From positions 27,092 to 91,091 of the forward strand of contig DAHWNZ010000003.1 of assembly GCA_027339635.1 (NCBI GenBank): a DNA stretch of 64,000 nt, written 5' to 3'. Below, piece by piece: positions 62,334 through 64,000 of this stretch. The position numbers and the translations under genes were made by a program. The stretch comes from Candidatus Dormiibacterota bacterium (GTDB taxonomy: Bacteria; Chloroflexota; Dormibacteria; Aeolococcales; Bog-877). The notes beneath the pieces were generated by a model. The model made no database searches, had not been told where the DNA came from, and saw only the letters and a program-made list of their open reading frames with translations. The stretch's first letter is position 1, and every line of letters starts with the position of its first letter.

Positions 62334-63407
62334 GTGCACCATCAGCCGCGCGTCCTCCTGGTCATCGCGGACAGCTCCAGAACCGGCGGCCCGGAGCACG
62401 TCCTGACTCTGGCCCGCGAGCTGGTCGCGGCCGGCTGGGAGACGGCCGTCGCCTGCCCTGACGGGGAGCTCCGCGACCGTTGCTCGGATGTGGGGATCTT
62501 GAGCCTCGGGCTCGCCACCGGGGCCAGCCAGCTTGCCCTGGCCCCAATCAGGCTGCGCCACCTGGCGCACCGCTACCGGGCGGACCTGATTCACAGCCAT
62601 GCCCTGCGGGCAGGCAGCGTGGTCCGCAGGGCACAGAGCGGAACTCCCTGGGTGCACACCCACCATCTGGATGACTGGTTCACCTCCAGCGCCTGGCGAA
62701 TCCGGGCCCACCGTCGTGAGCTACGGCAGATCGGCCGGGGAGCAGGCCGACAGATCGCCGTCTCGAACTCAGTGTTCAACTTCCTGACTGAGACGGTCGG
62801 GTGTTCGCAGGACCGTGTTCGGGTGGTGCCCAACGGGATCTACCCCCTGCTGCCCCGATCCAGGTCCCAACCGGCGGGCGCCACCGTGGGAGTCCTGGCC
62901 TCACTGGTTGCCAGCAAGGGGATCGACCTGGCGCTCATGGCCCTCACGATGCCGGCGGGCCGGGGCCTTCGGCTCAGAGTCGGAGGAACCGGACCCGAGC
63001 TCTCAACCCTGCTGGACCTGGCGGAACAGCTCGATGTCTCAGCACGGGTCAGCTTCATCGGCGAGGTCGTCGACCGCCAGGCGTTCTTCGACGCCTGCGA
63101 CGTGGTGTGGGTCCCTTCCCGCCGGGAGCCCTTCGGGCTGGTCGCCTGCGAGGCGCTGAGCTCGGGGGTGCCCGTGGTGGGAACCAGGGTCGGAGGCCTC
63201 CCCGACATCTTGGAGCCGCCCCATTACGGGGTTTTGGTGGCCCCCGCCAACCCGGCCGGGCTTGCCAGCGTCACCGCCGCTCTGCTCGCAGATCAGGAAC
63301 GGTACCGCCGGCTCTCGGAGGTTGGCCCGGAGCGAGTGCGGCAGCGCTTCTCAGCCTCCCGGATGGCAGCTTTGACCAGAGGGGTTTATCGAGAGCTGTT
63401 GGCCTGA
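62334..63407 (+). CDS. GT4-family (GT-B fold) glycosyltransferase
   Basis: I chose GTG 62334 ([23 protein letters not shown]). C-terminal EX7E region [32 protein letters not shown]. Confidence 0.83.
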   Translation: MHHQPRVLLVIADSSRTGGPEHVLTLARELVAAGWETAVACPDGELRDRCSDVGILSLGLATGASQLALAPIRLRHLAHRYRADLIHSHALRAGSVVRRAQSGTPWVHTHHLDDWFTSSAWRIRAHRRELRQIGRGAGRQIAVSNSVFNFLTETVGCSQDRVRVVPNGIYPLLPRSRSQPAGATVGVLASLVASKGIDLALMALTMPAGRGLRLRVGGTGPELSTLLDLAEQLDVSARVSFIGEVVDRQAFFDACDVVWVPSRREPFGLVACEALSSGVPVVGTRVGGLPDILEPPHYGVLVAPANPAGLASVTAALLADQERYRRLSEVGPERVRQRFSASRMAALTRGVYRELLA

Positions 63408-63615
63408 ACGCCGATGGGAGAACCCGCGCGAGGCAGGCATCGTCATCCCGGCGTCATCCAGTTGCGCCCAGGTGTTTGTTCCCATAGGACCCCGGGGAGG
63501 TGCGGCGGTCGCCCGGTTACCCGATTTGGAGCATCTCCCCGGCTCGGCCCGGTCTCGCGGAGCGTGGGGCCGCCGCGACACGACCCGGATAGCGCTGGGC
63601 CAGTCGATTCGCTCG

Positions 63616-63819
63616 TCAGTTGGCGGAGCGATCCGCCGTGCCCCGATCTGCGGCTGGCCCGGTCGGCCCTAAGACCTTGCGAAGTCTCGCCGTTCGCTGG
63701 TCTCGCCTCAACCGGCGAGCCTCGTCGACGACCGACCTGCGCTCGTCGGCCAACTTGAGTTGCTCCTCGAGCAGGACCAGACGGCGGCACAGCCCTGATC
63801 CCGGGTTTGATCGGTACAT
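63616..63819 (-). CDS. small Arg-rich coiled-coil protein (67 aa), unknown function
   Basis: ATG 63817-63819 is preceded by a very strong SD (GAAGGAGG, 7 nt spacing). Sequence MYRSNPGSGLCRRLVLLEEQLKLADERRSVVDEARRLRRDQRTARLRKVLG.. Confidence 0.5.
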   Translation of the reverse strand: MYRSNPGSGLCRRLVLLEEQLKLADERRSVVDEARRLRRDQRTARLRKVLGPTGPAADRGTADRSAN

Positions 63820-63879
63820 GCGCAACCTCCTTCTAGGCAACGCATTTGTCTAATCGCCACGCGGCGCAACCGAGCAATC

Positions 63880-64000
63880 GGAGGCTAGAGTGATCGTGGG
63901 GCGCCCAACGTTGCCAGGGGCGCGAACCCAGTCGGCTGCCGAGGCGTCCCCTGGCGAGCGCACCTTCCGGCTCCGCTCTGGGCCACCTCAATCGGCCAGC
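63880..64000 (+). CDS. possible 5' end of an unidentified gene running off the window
   Basis: GTG 63880 with GGAGG 5 nt upstream. The frame stays open to the window end (VIVGRPTLPGARTQSAAEASPGERTFRLRSGPP..). No homology recognised. Confidence 0.25.

Overview
GC-rich, Actinomycetota-like chromosomal window. This call is an inference from frequent GTG/TTG starts, 4-8 nt stop/start overlaps, leaderless-looking promoters and gene content. I can support about 60 intact protein genes, one tRNA-Pro(CGG), three gene relics (one an IS630-type transposase) and a handful of promoter, operator and hairpin sites. There is no rRNA, no CRISPR array and no intact mobile element.

Layout:
- 1-16.3 kb: a GAF-PAS-GGDEF-EAL protein, a MIP channel, and a tight acyl-CoA/methylmalonyl-pathway block (carboxyltransferase beta, sucCD, two acyl-CoA dehydrogenases, thiolase, MeaB plus the large subunit of a split methylmalonyl-CoA mutase). 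A K+ channel and an ARH-like/NYN gene pair also sit here.
- 16.5-22 kb: a sugar ABC transporter with a ROK regulator.
- 22-33.3 kb: an orphan radical-SAM/SPASM enzyme, a polytopic membrane protein followed by the detached B12-binding mutase subunit, L25, RarA, and two ThDP enzymes flanking a secreted protein and a GNAT.
- 33.3-39.1 kb: a clearly accessory, decaying stretch (TetR, DinB-like and IS630 relics, small GNAT/VOC/SRPBCC enzymes, VapBC) that ends at the 3' side of tRNA-Pro.
- 39.2-64 kb: DUF2236 oxygenase / nitrobindin / kynureninase, an S9 peptidase, FTR1 permease with a DtxR-family regulator, a DUF4097-DUF2089 pair, a MarR/PCP-reductase-domain operon with YceI, def, a PPOX-like/CPBP/EAL-GAF-GGDEF group, MarR-MFS, metG-ccdA-J-domain protein, and a GT4 glycosyltransferase.

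No finding here is a demonstrated new system. The best candidates for a second look are:
- the MarR/PCP-reductase pair with heme-regulatory-like Cys-Pro motifs;
- the DUF2236/nitrobindin/kynureninase cluster;
- the tRNA-Pro decay islet;
- the orphan rSAM/SPASM neighbourhood;
- the degenerate ARH-like/NYN operon;
- the J-domain protein with a roughly 400-aa unknown region.

All family assignments come from reading motifs by eye. No database search was run.
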